A DNA stretch of 64,000 bases from Eledone cirrhosa (GCA_964016885.1 OZ024740.1:133238001-133302000), one strand, 5' to 3'; positions 44,242 through 56,771 are shown, numbered from the stretch's first letter. A program made the numbers and translations. The notes: generated by a model not told the origin, from the letters alone.

Positions 44242-44246
<5 letters not shown>
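44028..44246. repeat. Inverted repeat (~58-bp arms) between (TA)n tracts
   Basis: AAATACGTGTTTAAGAAAGCCACAACAATGCAAAGGGAAATCTCGAGGTAGGAAGTGA and its exact reverse complement at about 44189-44246. Confidence 0.85.
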
Positions 44247-44276
<30 letters not shown>

Positions 44277-44570
44277 TCATTGCTTCATTTCTTTCTTTCT
44301 TTAAAACTACTAAAAGGGTTCTTCTAATGCAATACCGACGGCAGAAGTATTCCTCCATGTCCCTAATCAGTGGATTTTTGACTTAGTAAATTTTGGTGAA
44401 AAACATATATCCCCCAACATAATTAAAGCTTTGGGAGTTGAAATCTTCCAAACTCGCCAAATGAAACATCAAATTTCAGAACGAGACACGTGCATTTCAA
44501 TGTTATAGGAGGGTAGATAAATGCTGAGATGGTAGCATGTACCTGCTTTTACAAAGCTATATTGTGTGCT

Positions 44571-44610
<40 letters not shown>

Positions 44611-44617
<7 letters not shown>

Positions 44618-45158
44618 AATTTATATCTAGTAACATATATATACATACAGATGCATATCAATGCTAGCAAATGCATGGGGTTGCAGAACGAAAATATGAG
44701 AAACGTAAAATAAGAAAATTATAAAATTAACTTACTTACTAAAATATCACTTCCAACTAATTAGTTTCTGGAATGGAGTAAATATATTTTCCGAAGAATA
44801 TATTGAAAAGCATTCCGTCGTCAGGGAAGTCTATTTTCATCCAAGTTACCAGGCAAAGCGAGGACTCTGGAAACTTATTAAAAAATAATTCAGTGGGTAG
44901 GAAATAGCAAAGCGTGGACTGAATCCCTAGCCATTGAGAAAATCGCTGCCTCTACGTTTGTGGCAAATTCAAAAAGAATCAATCACGTGACATCGAGGTC
45001 AATCAGTGGAAAGTGGTTTGATAATAAGACAGCGGCCTGCCTACTATCATAGCAGCAGTCATGGCCAATATTGCTCGGCAAATAATTTGGAGATAATTAT
45101 AAAGAATTTATATCTAGTAACATATATATACATACAGATGCATATCAATGCTAGCAAG
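44611..45158 (-). mobile_element. Non-coding ribozyme-bearing element with terminal direct repeat (~490-bp unit)
   Basis: 44611-44670 is repeated at 45098-45158; a diverged homolog lies at 55015-55708; TA-flanked. Confidence 0.65.
44749..44830 (-). ncRNA. Type I hammerhead with extended stem II
   Basis: ACTTCC-CTGACGA-C-GGAATG[insert with C(TTCG)G hairpin]CATTCC-A-GAAAC-TAATTA-GTT-GGAAGT; perfect 6-bp stem I; palindromic stem III ACTAATTAGT. Confidence 0.72.
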
Positions 45159-45686
45159 CCACATATATATATATGCATGTAAGTATAAATATACATATAC
45201 GTGTATATAAATAAATACACACACACACATACATATATATTTCCCCGCCGGTTAACTTGAAATAGATGCACACAAAAGTGAATTCCCAACAACCGAAGAT
45301 GTGAAATGCAACATTGTCAACTCATTGAAAATATAAATAAAGTGACAATCAATTTGAGGCTATATTCAGCTATACTTATGTTTTGTAAATGATTTTATTC
45401 ATGTCTTGCATTCCAATTCAATACACGTTTATAAATATTCAAAAGAGTTTAAATATATGTACGTATGTGTTTGTGCACGCATGTATAATTAGCTCCTGTG
45501 ATGCCGTTAATACAAAATCATAACATTGCTTTATATAATGTTATGCTGAACGTTGGAACATTCTATTATATGTATTCTTATTCGCGTTGTTGATTGTCTG
45601 TATACCATGGCTGGTATATAAATATATATATATACACGGTGAAATAAATAATCTTGTTTATGTTACATAAATTAATGTATATAAAT

Positions 45687-45771
<85 letters not shown>

Positions 45772-46679
45772 TAAAGTTAGTCCTTCATCAGTGATCTTCC
45801 AACCATCATTGGTATTTCATCGCTTTAAAGACCCTATACCTCCGGTTGGTGCGAGCAGCGGCTAAAAGAAGTCGTTGGGACACGTAAATAAAGGGGACAC
45901 GAGAGTGTAAACAAACAAAGATGGTGAAGCAACGAAAAGTGAGGAAGAAGGAGTCAAGTCCCAAATTTCCATGAATATAAGTTCGGTGAAATCGTGAACG
46001 AGAGAGAATAAAGACCATCAAACCTGGTTGGAATGTGAGCAAGGAAGGAATTCCGTACAGATCTAACGGGAGGAAGAAGGGATCTAGTCTGTGAATTCGG
46101 TGAACATAAGTTCTGTGAAATCGTAGACGAGAGAGAGAAAAAAAAGCGACCTGCTTGACCAAGGGTGCGAAAGAAAAGAATTACGCACAGGTCAAACGGG
46201 AAGAAGGAGGAAGAGGAGATCTAGTAACAGAGAGTGAGTGAGTGAAGGGTGAGGAAGAGGCTAACAGAGAGAGTGACTGTTAGAGAGGGTAAAGATACAG
46301 AGAAAGAGGAAGCAGTAAGAACGAAATAGACGGGTTACAGCGGGGGAAAAAATATGTGTAAATATGAGAATAAAAACCTAAGCATATACCGATAAATAAA
46401 TTGTCTAATTAACAATTACTGATTAATCTGCCTTCCTTTATCGGCCAGTACTGATTAACTGACTGCCAATTATCTAATATGTAATTTTGTATAGTGATAT
46501 AAAATCCGTATCGTAAGTAATATAGTATATTTCATAATTATGGAGAAGCTATTTGAGAACCCATTACAACAGAATTTATCTGGCTTTAGTATATGAGGTA
46601 TCATATACAAATATACGGGAAATCGTCCATGCTCTCAAATATGGAAATTCCTAAATGTGATATATTTTTATTGTAATAA

Positions 46680-46822
<143 letters not shown>

Positions 46823-47315
46823 CAGAGAGAGATAGAGAGAGAGATAGAGATATTTATAGATGCGGATTATAATTTTGTAAGGCATGCTGAAAAGGATAAC
46901 TTGTCTTAATTTACTAATTCACTCTTTTTAATTATGGTGATCAGTATTTACTTCTCTGTCAACCAAAACCGCAGTCTAAGCAATTATAATTAAATATAAC
47001 AATAATAATGGAAATAGATATGTTTGCCTTTAAATCTATTTGTACTATACTTTGCTTTGCTATACTATATACATAATTATGCCTCAATAATAATTGTGTA
47101 ATTAATGTTATGAAAATTAGGAATTTAACCCTTAATATTCATACGAAGACGTTTCGCACAAAACCAGCCATTTGAAGGGGAAAATGAAAGTTGGTTAAAT
47201 CGACTCACGTTTGTTACTAGTAATATCATAACATTACGCGGAGTCTGATTTCTAATATTCGGGAAAATGTGTTATTTTATCTTTTTATACTGACATAGTT
47301 AGATTCTCATAATAA

Positions 47316-47500
47316 TTGTTTATACTTTTGGCACAAGGCTAGCAATTACTCCAGTACATTACTGGTGCTTTATTTTATCGACTTCGTAAGGATTAAAGGA
47401 AAAGTTAACCTGGACGGGATTTGAACTCAGATCATAAAGGGCCGGACTCTATGCTGCAAAGCATGGAGTCTGACACTACCGATACCTCCAATCCACCGCC
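47316..47500 (-). mobile_element. SINE copy (diverged)
   Basis: Same family; TTCTCATA(A/T)TAA on both sides. Confidence 0.85.
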
Positions 47501-47514
47501 TTTCTCATATTAAG

Positions 47515-47624
47515 TGTTTCTACTTTTGGCACAAGGCCAGAAATTATCCCAGTGCATTACTAGTACTTTATTTTATCGACCCCGTAAGGATGAAAGGCAA
47601 AGTTAACCTCGGCGGGATTTGAAC
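47515..47624 (-). mobile_element. Adjacent 5'-truncated SINE copy
   Basis: TGTTTCTACTTTTGGCACAAGGCCAG...CGGCGGGATTTGAAC. Confidence 0.85.
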
Positions 47625-48135
47625 ATTCAGGTCGAATATATCTTCGTTTGCTGACAATCTACCTATAAGGAACAATTTTCACTATTGAATTATTAATTCT
47701 TCCTGGGTAATGAGAACGTATGTTTAAATGTTATTTATGTTCCTTTAGTTTATAGTAAAGTCTATAAAATCCTGCGGCAAGTTCTAGCATTACATTTAAG
47801 ACATATCCTGTTCTAAGATTGCTCTCAAGTATAATTACTAATCTATAGTTCTTAAAATACAGTTATCTATATTCTTCTTCAGTTACTCTTTCCAGTTTGA
47901 GAAGACTAATAAATCTTAAGCGCTAACAAAGTATCGTCTGTTTATACTCCCTCAACCCCAACCAGCTGAGGATCTCCACCCAAGCCATACTTAGGAATTC
48001 ATTATTGAATTTAGATACAAATAAACAAGATTTGTGGCCAGTGCTGAGAGACTGGAACCTAGGGTTATATCAACATTAATCATTCTCTCTCCTTCTCTCT
48101 CTCTCACCCTCTCTTTCTCTTTCTCTCTCTGTATG

Positions 48136-48177
<42 letters not shown>

Positions 48178-48237
48178 ATGGCAATTACATGCTGTCATTA
48201 ATAATGTAGCTTCTAATTTGAAGGAGAGGCGGTGGGT

Positions 48238-48308
48238 GATGTGTTGGTATAATGGTAGAACAGGGGTCTGGATAACCAAAGATGTGGGTTCAACTCCCAC
48301 GTACGTCA
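48238..48308 (+). pseudogene. tRNA pseudogene or tRNA-derived Pol III element
   Basis: TGGTATAATGGTAG (A box), perfect T arm GTGGG-TTCAACT-CCCAC, wobble-rich acceptor GATGTGT/GTACGTC, poor anticodon stem, T-run at about 48318-48327. Confidence 0.55.
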
Positions 48309-48589
48309 ATACTCAGCTTTTTTTTTCCATTTTTTAGAAGGTTCTAAACCCCACTGTCAGGTTAAAATTTCTTTAGTAAAAAATACGACGAAAGCTTTTA
48401 TTTCTAATTTCAAACTCGATCGCTGTTTCAAGAATATACTCTCTTGTCATTAAAATGTTTAATATACATATTTATTTCTAATATTCTGCAATACCGAATT
48501 GAAGAAAGGGAGTATGGCTTTTACACCTATTTCCCTTCTTCTCATTACCGAATCCTGATGCTTGCGCATTACTGCAGCCGCTTCTGTAA

Positions 48590-48705
48590 TTCTTGCATAT
48601 AATTCAGCCTCTAGCCGTCATTCACTTGGGAACACGGCCCCGAGATACTTGAACATCTTCACTTGCTTCAACCGAACTCCTTTGTGATGTAGAGTGCAGG
48701 CTTCC
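48590..48705 (-). mobile_element. Tiny LINE RT remnant (RTE-like)
   Basis: Minus strand encodes LKQVKMFKYLG, the RT C-terminal FKYLG motif. Confidence 0.45.
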
Positions 48706-48714
48706 TTGAGATAT

Positions 48715-49428
48715 ATTATATTTATTTATGTTCATACTAGGATAAAAAGTGCTACCAAATGATTCAAGACCCAATGACAACCTTCCCAGATTGTAAGAGT
48801 GCTCAAATTTGTGACCTAGTATTCAGGTAGTTATACGAGTTTGAAGAAACCCTTAACATTATAGCATGCCAAACGTTTGTTTACGAAAATATAATATAAT
48901 AAAGAGAAAAATAATAAATTTGGAATATTACAAGGTTTGCCGTGTCCGAAGAATATTTATTTGAACGCCAAAGAACGACATTTTAGAAGCTGTCTATATC
49001 TCAAAACTAAATCCTTTTTAAGTGGAGAAACTCAACAATTACAACCACCTTAATATTGATTTATATACTAGCTTAAATTTATTTTTATTTTTATACACTT
49101 ATATAATACCGTACAACTATATTACTCAATTCCCTAGCTTAATAATTATTAACATCTCTATATTACATACATCTACATAATACTATACATCTACTATTTT
49201 GTACACACACAACACGAGTACATATCCATTGCCATTTCAAATTTACATCTTTGAGTTAAACAAGCATTTAACGCTCTATATCTTTACCGGTATATTTAAA
49301 CAAGTCTCGGCACCTGAAGTCTAGGTCACAAATTTCATTCCCCTTACAATCTGCAGATATGGTTAACATTGGGCCTTGGAACATTAGATAGCGCTTTTTC
49401 ATCCGAGTATGAACATAAAGAAATAATA
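48715..49428. mobile_element. Old MITE or non-autonomous DNA transposon with ~110-bp degenerate TIRs
   Basis: TTTATGTTCATACT.GGAT.AAAAG.GCTA...AGATTGTAAG...AAATTTGTGACCTAG...TTCAGGT mirrored at about 49312-49428. Confidence 0.65.
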
Positions 49429-50854
49429 TATATATATATATGTGTATGTGTGTGTGTGTGTGATGCAGTGAGATAAAGAGATAGGTAGATAAACACTAAT
49501 CTTTTCAATATTTAATGAATTTGCTTAAAGCTATTTTCATGTTGAAATAATTACAAAACTGCTAGATATGCCATAGTAGGATATCATGTAGATTCAATAC
49601 AACTACAAAAATATCAGCAGATATCACTACTTATTTTGAGGCCTCTGGCAACATAAATAAATGTTTCCTTCCGTAGGATTATTAGTATTTTCATTATAAT
49701 TCCGTTACCTCTCTACCTGAAGTTGAAACATCTCAAGAAAATTTATATGAGGGTAAAATGTGTTGGCGTAATTTACACGGAATTATTTCATTCATATGTT
49801 TACCCCATCATTTTAATCTTTTATTTGGTAATTTGAAAGATAGTAATTTCAATACACTCCATACTGCAATTTCTATATTTCGCAAAATTCCATTTTATTT
49901 ATTTTATTATAGTATTTTACCTGGCGGCTTTCGGTTAGATTTTAAACACCCCATAACATTAGATGCGGTACATTAAGTGCATAGAAACTATCAGCGGCTT
50001 CAGTCACTGTCTTATATATATGAAAATATACCGAATTAGTATATAGTTTGAAAAATGCTACCCTTATTTCTTTATAGCGAAGTCATTTTATTCCTTCTAT
50101 ATTCCTTTTGCTTAAATATACAGTATATTGGTCACACATGGTCATTCCATCCAAACCGATATTCCGATCACGAAGTCCAATGAGACAGAACCATATCTGT
50201 TGGTTTTATTATTCAAGATCTGAGACTTTACAAACTGCATTTGTATATATGATTTCCTAAATTCCATTTAATTAATGGTATTTGAGTTATCTCTTTGTTT
50301 TTGTTATCAGACTTTCCACATCCCATAGAATAGAATGCTCTATCGTCTCTTACTTGATCGGTTAATATCCGTTAATCAATTTTGTCCAATCCTTATGTCA
50401 CATATACTTGAAACTGCCGTATTTTTTCTTTTAATACAGAAAATCTTCCTCTAAGCTATATTCCCTCACTACACAGAACATGACTAATGCTACTGGGGCG
50501 AACGACGGTTCATACTTAAACGTTACTTAGGTTTCAAAATTCTATTCTAGTTAAATTAAGTATTCAAGAAAGCCAGACACTCCAATACATTTCAGTTTCC
50601 AAATACGAATTTGGGACGTCGATGAAAACACACATGACGCAAATCTTGGTTATTTATTATTAGAGCCATTGTGCTCATATTTATGTTTGTTTAGACACAA
50701 AAGACTTTACATTTCACGAAGACTTACATTTAGAATGATAATACATGAATTTAAAGCAAAATCTTAGTTCTATAAATACACTAAATCTATTCTATAATCT
50801 TATATATATATACCTAAATTCATACATACGTGTATCTAAACATCTCCCTCCCCC

Positions 50855-50964
<110 letters not shown>

Positions 50965-53211
50965 CATATATATATATATACATATAAATTTAGTTACAAT
51001 TCATCTATGATAATGTTTCGAATTTATGAAAATCGATGCTCATGTTTCTGTCTACGACGATGGATTATTGTTATTATTGTTATTATTGTTAGTGGTGGTG
51101 ATGGTGGTGTTGGTGGGGGGGGGTGCTATTTTTATATCTCGGTAAGTCTATACTTTCATTGAGAGTCTAGAATGCTGGAAACATTTTTATTTTTATTTAT
51201 TTGTTCTTTTAAGAAATCAAAGAAGATTAAAGCATTAATTGTCAATGTGTGCATTTAGAGTAACATTCACAGAAGCAGAAACTATAAAAGGCTTCATGGA
51301 TTTTCTGCCAGTCATAGATAGTGAAAGGTAATCCACATTATGTGTCTATCAACATATAGTAATTTTTTATAAATTCGGAATAGGTTATGGTTTACTCAAA
51401 CGCACTTTACCCAAATCTCCTTAACAAAGGGAACAATAAAAACGTACTTTAAAACATCTCCTTAAAGAAAGGAAAACTAACATAAGAAATAGAGTAAACA
51501 TTCATTTCAGAAATAGATTATGATGGAAATCACGACATCCTTACACGTATTCTCTGTTCTTGCTCTTTGGATGTTGCCTCGAAAATTATGGCAGCTAAAA
51601 GATCAATATTACACACTTCATATGAGAGTCATATTTATTTGGTGAGTCTGCATTTGTGAAATTCTACGATCCGCTTTGATGCGGATAGCGTATTGAAAAA
51701 TATATAATAAAAACCATTTCCAACAGAGAGCTAAACCCATGAAATAATTAATAGAAATACATGAATAGCTGAAATATGAAGTCAAATAGGACTAATAAAC
51801 AGCAAACTCGTAAATATAGAGTAAAACCACCTGATGATGCTTATATACTGAAGTACCTTCTCGAACAAACCAAATTCGCACTTTCCATTGCAATTCATAT
51901 TTAAAGCCCATAAACCTTAATTCACACATTCAAAGCATCTGTATGACTTTCGAACCTCGTATATCAATCTGCATTAGTGGCACTTTTAAAAAAAATAATT
52001 TCAAGTAAAGTAGATATTTTAATGAAAGTAGTGATTAAAGCAAATCATCTGAATAAGTAATTCTGTGCTTTTCCATTCATGGAAGGGTTGAGATATTTAT
52101 CAATTAAGATTAACTATATTTATGATTAAATCAATATTAAATGCAACTATTATTTGTAGCTGTACATTGAAGAATCCGACAACTTCCTTAAATGATTAGA
52201 GAGATACGGGTTTTTCGGTATTGTGTTTATAAGAAGGTTTGTGGGAAATACTGTAGGATGCGTGCTGAATAGTATAGTAGGAGCTGGCATACATGATTAA
52301 GTAAGCTAATGAATTCTAATTAGTTATACATGCATCCATGAAATTGCAGCTCTTAACTATATATACATACTTTTGAACACATCATGACACGTCCACGTGA
52401 TACGAGATCTGCTTTTTACATTTCTAATCCTTTCTGGCGTGCATTCTTTGGCTGCAATTTAATATTGCAACCTCTTAACGCAAAAATTCCGAGAATTTTT
52501 CTTTCCTTTTTCCCTCCTTCTTATCAAAGAAACTACGTAATATAATTAAACAAGACATATTATCCTGCTGTATATATTTCTCATATATTTTGCAAGATGT
52601 ATTAATTTTGTAGTGTTAAACATGACCTCTTCATATCTTCCAATTAAATATAAAGCGTTCATGATACTCGAAGATACTTTCAAATATGAATAGGCTGTTT
52701 ATTTGTCTGTTTATATTTTCAATTTATTCTAATTTTTACTCACTACAAGTACTGAACGTGAGAAACCTTAATATTCCAAAATTATGAAAATTATAGCGAA
52801 ACATTTTCTTCCGTTTAAAATTATTTTATTTATTATATTTAAACAATGTTGAATTTCGTTAGGAAATTAATATCATTAAAAATGAAACTCAGAAAAATAA
52901 CAGTTGGATTTTTCAATGAAAAATATATGCGATCATATATATTGACTATCATAGCAACTTTACACGTTAAGAGGTATGTTGAATGAACATTTCAAAATCA
53001 ACATACATCTTAATATAACAAAGCATATATAATAAATGAGAAACGCGTTTCTTAATTAGGTTTAAATGTAACCGATGTAGAAATCTGAGTAGATTTCAAA
53101 TAGCAAAACATATTTTCCATATGCACAAAAATTATACACTGGTTTCAATAGTGTGTATATATGTAGGTGGGTGTATTGGCTAATGTACAAGTCTCCCTGT
53201 ACATATACATA

Positions 53212-53279
<68 letters not shown>

Positions 53280-53344
53280 AAAGAAAAATAGATGAAATCG
53301 AGAATGCAATTGGAGTCTTAATTTTAAACAAATATATATATATA

Positions 53345-53523
53345 TTTGGTTCCTTTACCAGTTTCGCAGTTCTTCTGCTTTTCAAAAGTAGAGTTGAAAT
53401 GGAGGGTCTGTGGTTTTTCTCACATCTGTGAGAGAAACCACAGATGTGAGAAAAATCACAGACCCTCCATCTCAACTCTACTTTTGTAAAGCAGAAGAAC
53501 TGCGAAACTGGTAAAGGAACCAA

Positions 53524-53525
<2 letters not shown>
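53345..53525. repeat. Near-perfect fold-back palindrome (~85-bp arms) between TA tracts
   Basis: ATTTGGTTCCTTTACCAGTTTCGCAG...CTCACATCTGTG / CACAGATGTGAG...CTGCGAAACTGGTAAAGGAACCAAAT. Confidence 0.9.
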
Positions 53526-53563
<38 letters not shown>

Positions 53564-53676
53564 TTTCTGAATTTGTTTAGCAAGATTCTTTATCTGAAAT
53601 CGTGTGTTGAAACACAGAAACAAAATGACGTAGGATAGAAGAAAGGAAAGGCACAGAAACAAAGAAAGGAATCCCC

Positions 53677-53721
53677 AGTCACTGAAGAGGTCACAGAGTG
53701 TGTGACGAAAGGACTATGACT
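53677..53721 (+). ncRNA. Degenerate minimal type I hammerhead
   Basis: AGTCA-CTGAAGA-G-GTCACA-GAGTG-TGTGAC-GAAA-GGA-CTA-TGACT. Confidence 0.55.
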
Positions 53722-53881
53722 ATATATAAACAACTATCTGGTTGTGGAACCAACCAACCAACCAGTAATTTATAAGTTTGTAAATTTGTAAATTTATAAA
53801 TTTATATAAATATATAATAAATTGAAGTGAAAGAAACTGGTGCGTGTGTTTCTTATTGGCAACATGACCCTCCCAAAGTAT

Positions 53882-53941
<60 letters not shown>

Positions 53942-54225
53942 TTTATATCAATGTGAACTGCTATTTCTAATGCCCATCCTATCACCCATTGATAATTTGT
54001 GTGTGAGACACGTTGGCTGAAAGCTTCTGACAGGAACGAAAAGATTGATTCTTTTTAGCTTCCCGTCCCCACGTAAAATTTGTAAATCAGTGACTAGTTG
54101 AGAGATAGAGTCCTATCGGGTGCCAGTTGCTAATAGCTTTACCGTGTCAGTCGTCACAAACAGTCATGGCCGGCATAGAATGGTCTTAGGATTCTGTCGA
54201 TCGATTGGTTATTGATTAGGCGATA

Positions 54226-54335
54226 CCCGCTGATGAAGCCGCATAAGCCGATTGTGCATTCTTGCATAATATATGCAGGCAGATGGTGCAGTGCACCTTA
54301 ATGCTGCATTAGTGCGGCAGAAACTCGAGTTCGGG
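54226..54335 (+). ncRNA. Type I hammerhead with long branched stem II
   Basis: CCCG-CTGATGA-A-GCCGCA[~70 nt with hairpins TGCATA-ATA-TATGCA and GGTGCAGTGCACC]TGCGGC-A-GAAAC-TCGA-GTT-CGGG; palindromic ACTCGAGT. Confidence 0.62.
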
Positions 54336-54478
54336 AACCTTATAGACACCCGTTTTACGTGTGTTGTGTTGAAGCAAATAACTTTGTGTATACTCTGGTA
54401 ATGTATCTTACATTGCCCATGGAGTGCGCTGAGATAAACCGGCACTAGCATTGATAAATATGCTGGGTCCGTCAAGCC

Positions 54479-54559
<81 letters not shown>

Positions 54560-54972
54560 TAGTAAAAAAGAAAAAAAAAACAGTAGAAAATCCTAAAGAG
54601 ATTTTCTCTGAGAATAACATCAGTACATTTATTTACAAAATAGGAATATCCGTATTTCACTGTAGCGGTTTCAGCTCATGCGCCTGTTCAACGACGGAAA
54701 TTTATAATGCAATTAAATAGCATATTAATGGGAATAATAAGAATATGGGGTAATCCTTTTTTAGTTTTTATATACATATTTAGCGAGAAAATTTCACATT
54801 TATGTCTGCAGTTTTCTCTCTTAGTTTTCATCTTATCCAACACTAATGATGGCAACGGGGGCTGTCCGTGGGATTGGCTTAAATGATTGAGTGACCTTAG
54901 AGTTGACTGAAGAAATAATTGTTTCTAAAAATATATATCTTGATATTTCTGTCTGTAATGCTGGCATTTTTA

Positions 54973-55020
<48 letters not shown>

Positions 55021-55184
55021 AATTTATATCTAGTAACATTTATATACACACAGATGCATATCAATGCTAGCAAATATATAGGTTTTGTCTTATTAACAAT
55101 GTGGTTCAATGCATGGGGTTGCAGAACAATAATATGAGAGACGTAAAATAAGAAAATTATAAAATTAACTTACTTACTAAAATC

Positions 55185-55267
55185 AATTCCAACTAATTAG
55201 TTTCTGGAATGGAGTAAATATATTTTCCGAAGAAATTTATAGAAAATCATTCCGTCATCAGGAAAGT
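55185..55267 (-). ncRNA. Extended-stem-II hammerhead (left arm)
   Basis: ACTTTC-CTGATGA-CGGAATG...CATTCCA-GAAACTAATTAGTT-GGAATT. Confidence 0.65.
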
Positions 55268-55574
55268 CTTTTTCCGTATAGGTCTCCAGGCATAGCGAGG
55301 ACACTGGAAACTTATTAAAAAAATAATTCAGTGGAATGGAAATAGCGATGCGTGGACTGGATTCCAAGCCATTGAGAAAATCACCACTCGCTTTCCACTG
55401 ATTGACCTCGATGTCACGTGATTGATTCTTTTTGAATATGCCACGGACGTAGAGGCAGTGATTTTCTCAATGGCTTGGAATCCAGTCCACGCATCGCTAT
55501 TTCCATTCCACTGAATTATTTTTTTAATAAGTTTCCAGTGTCCTCGCTATGCCTGGAGACCTATACGGAAAAAG

Positions 55575-55657
55575 ACTTTTCTGATGACGGAATGATTTTC
55601 TATAAATTTCTTCGGAAAATATATTTACTCCATTCCAGAAACTAATTAGTTGGAAGT
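55575..55657 (+). ncRNA. Extended-stem-II hammerhead (right arm)
   Basis: ACTTTT-CTGATGA-CGGAATG...TTC-TTCG-GAA...CATTCCA-GAAACTAATTAGTT-GGAAGT. Confidence 0.65.
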
Positions 55658-55700
55658 GATTTTAGTAAGTAAGTTAATTTTATAATTTTCTTATTTTACG

Positions 55701-55781
<81 letters not shown>

Positions 55782-55782
<1 letters not shown>

Positions 55783-56150
55783 GGAAAAAATTATATTTCA
55801 TTTCTCAGTGTTGGTACGGTTGATACTTAAATATAAGTATGTATAGGTACATATATATATGTATAGAGACGTACAGTAGTATGTATATACATACATATAT
55901 CCACACATATATATATATGTACGTATGGGTTTACCGAACATTTATTATAATATTCGGTTTGGTTGTAAACAAACAGCCCGAATTAAGCCGTAGAGTGTTC
56001 GGCAAACATCGTTGCCCTTTTGTTCAACACTGACAAAGGAACGATGAACTAGTTTCTAGCTTATTAGCTGCCATCAGCACCGTATACCTTCCTGTCAGTC
56101 GATTTAACGTTTGAAAGTATATACTTTCCTTATGCATATTAACGGCATAT
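55782..56150 (-). mobile_element. Dispersed, diverged monomer of the 16.0-17.3 kb tandem unit
   Basis: Reverse complement matches GCCGTTAATATGCATAAGGAAAGTATATACTTTC...GTCAGTGTTGAACAAA...CGGCTTAATTCG...GTTTGTTTACAA. Confidence 0.85.
56041..56083 (-). ncRNA. Hammerhead motif in the dispersed monomer (core CUGAUGG)
   Basis: ACGGTG-CTGATGG-CAGCTAATAAGCTA-GAAAC-TA-GTT-CATCGT; stem I changed but still paired. Confidence 0.6.
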
Positions 56151-56453
56151 TAATGAGTTGGTATGTTTTCAGAGTGTGCGATGAAAACACCCAAGAAAAG
56201 CTCTTTGGTTAGATATACTATTACGCCGTCCAGATAGGGAAACTGGAGAAAACATTAATCAACCAAGAAAAGCCTTGCAGATTCACGACCGAAACTCAAA
56301 CGCTGAAGTATCTTGTCCTCTCCTTTTTTTAAACTAATCTAATCAAGCCAACTTGCAAAACAAGTATGCTTCGCTTAGGATATCTAATTTCAGCAATTTG
56401 GTTTATAGATAAAGTCTACACAAATTGTATTACATTAAACATCATAAATCGGT

Positions 56454-56771
56454 CAGGCTTAAAGGTTTTATTTCTCTGGCTTACTTTCAAGGATGAATAC
56501 TTTTAAGGGGAGTCTCGGTCGTTAAATTACGATGAAATTTTCGATTGATAATTGTCCCAACCCCACTCACAATATATATATATTTATATATGTGTGTGTG
56601 TGTCTGTGTATGTGTGTATGTGTGTGTGTAGGTGTACGCACACACATATATATTGTGAGTGGGGTTGGGACAATTATCAATCGAAAATTTCATCGTAATT
56701 TAACGACCGAGACTCCCCTTAAAAGTATTCATCCTTGAAAGTAAGCCAGAGAAATAAAACCTTTAAGCCTG

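Larger units (their letters stand above)
55132..55710. repeat. Fold-back (~250-bp arms) of the 44.6-45.1 kb element family
   Basis: 55132-55385 is the reverse complement of about 55459-55710; the spacer is the reverse complement of the continuation seen at about 44948-45015. Confidence 0.9.

Noticed and set aside
51831-51875. CTGATGA followed by a small hairpin (similar isolated CTGATGA at about 42106 and 32071)
   Set aside because: No correctly placed GAAA, stem III or stem I; expected by chance
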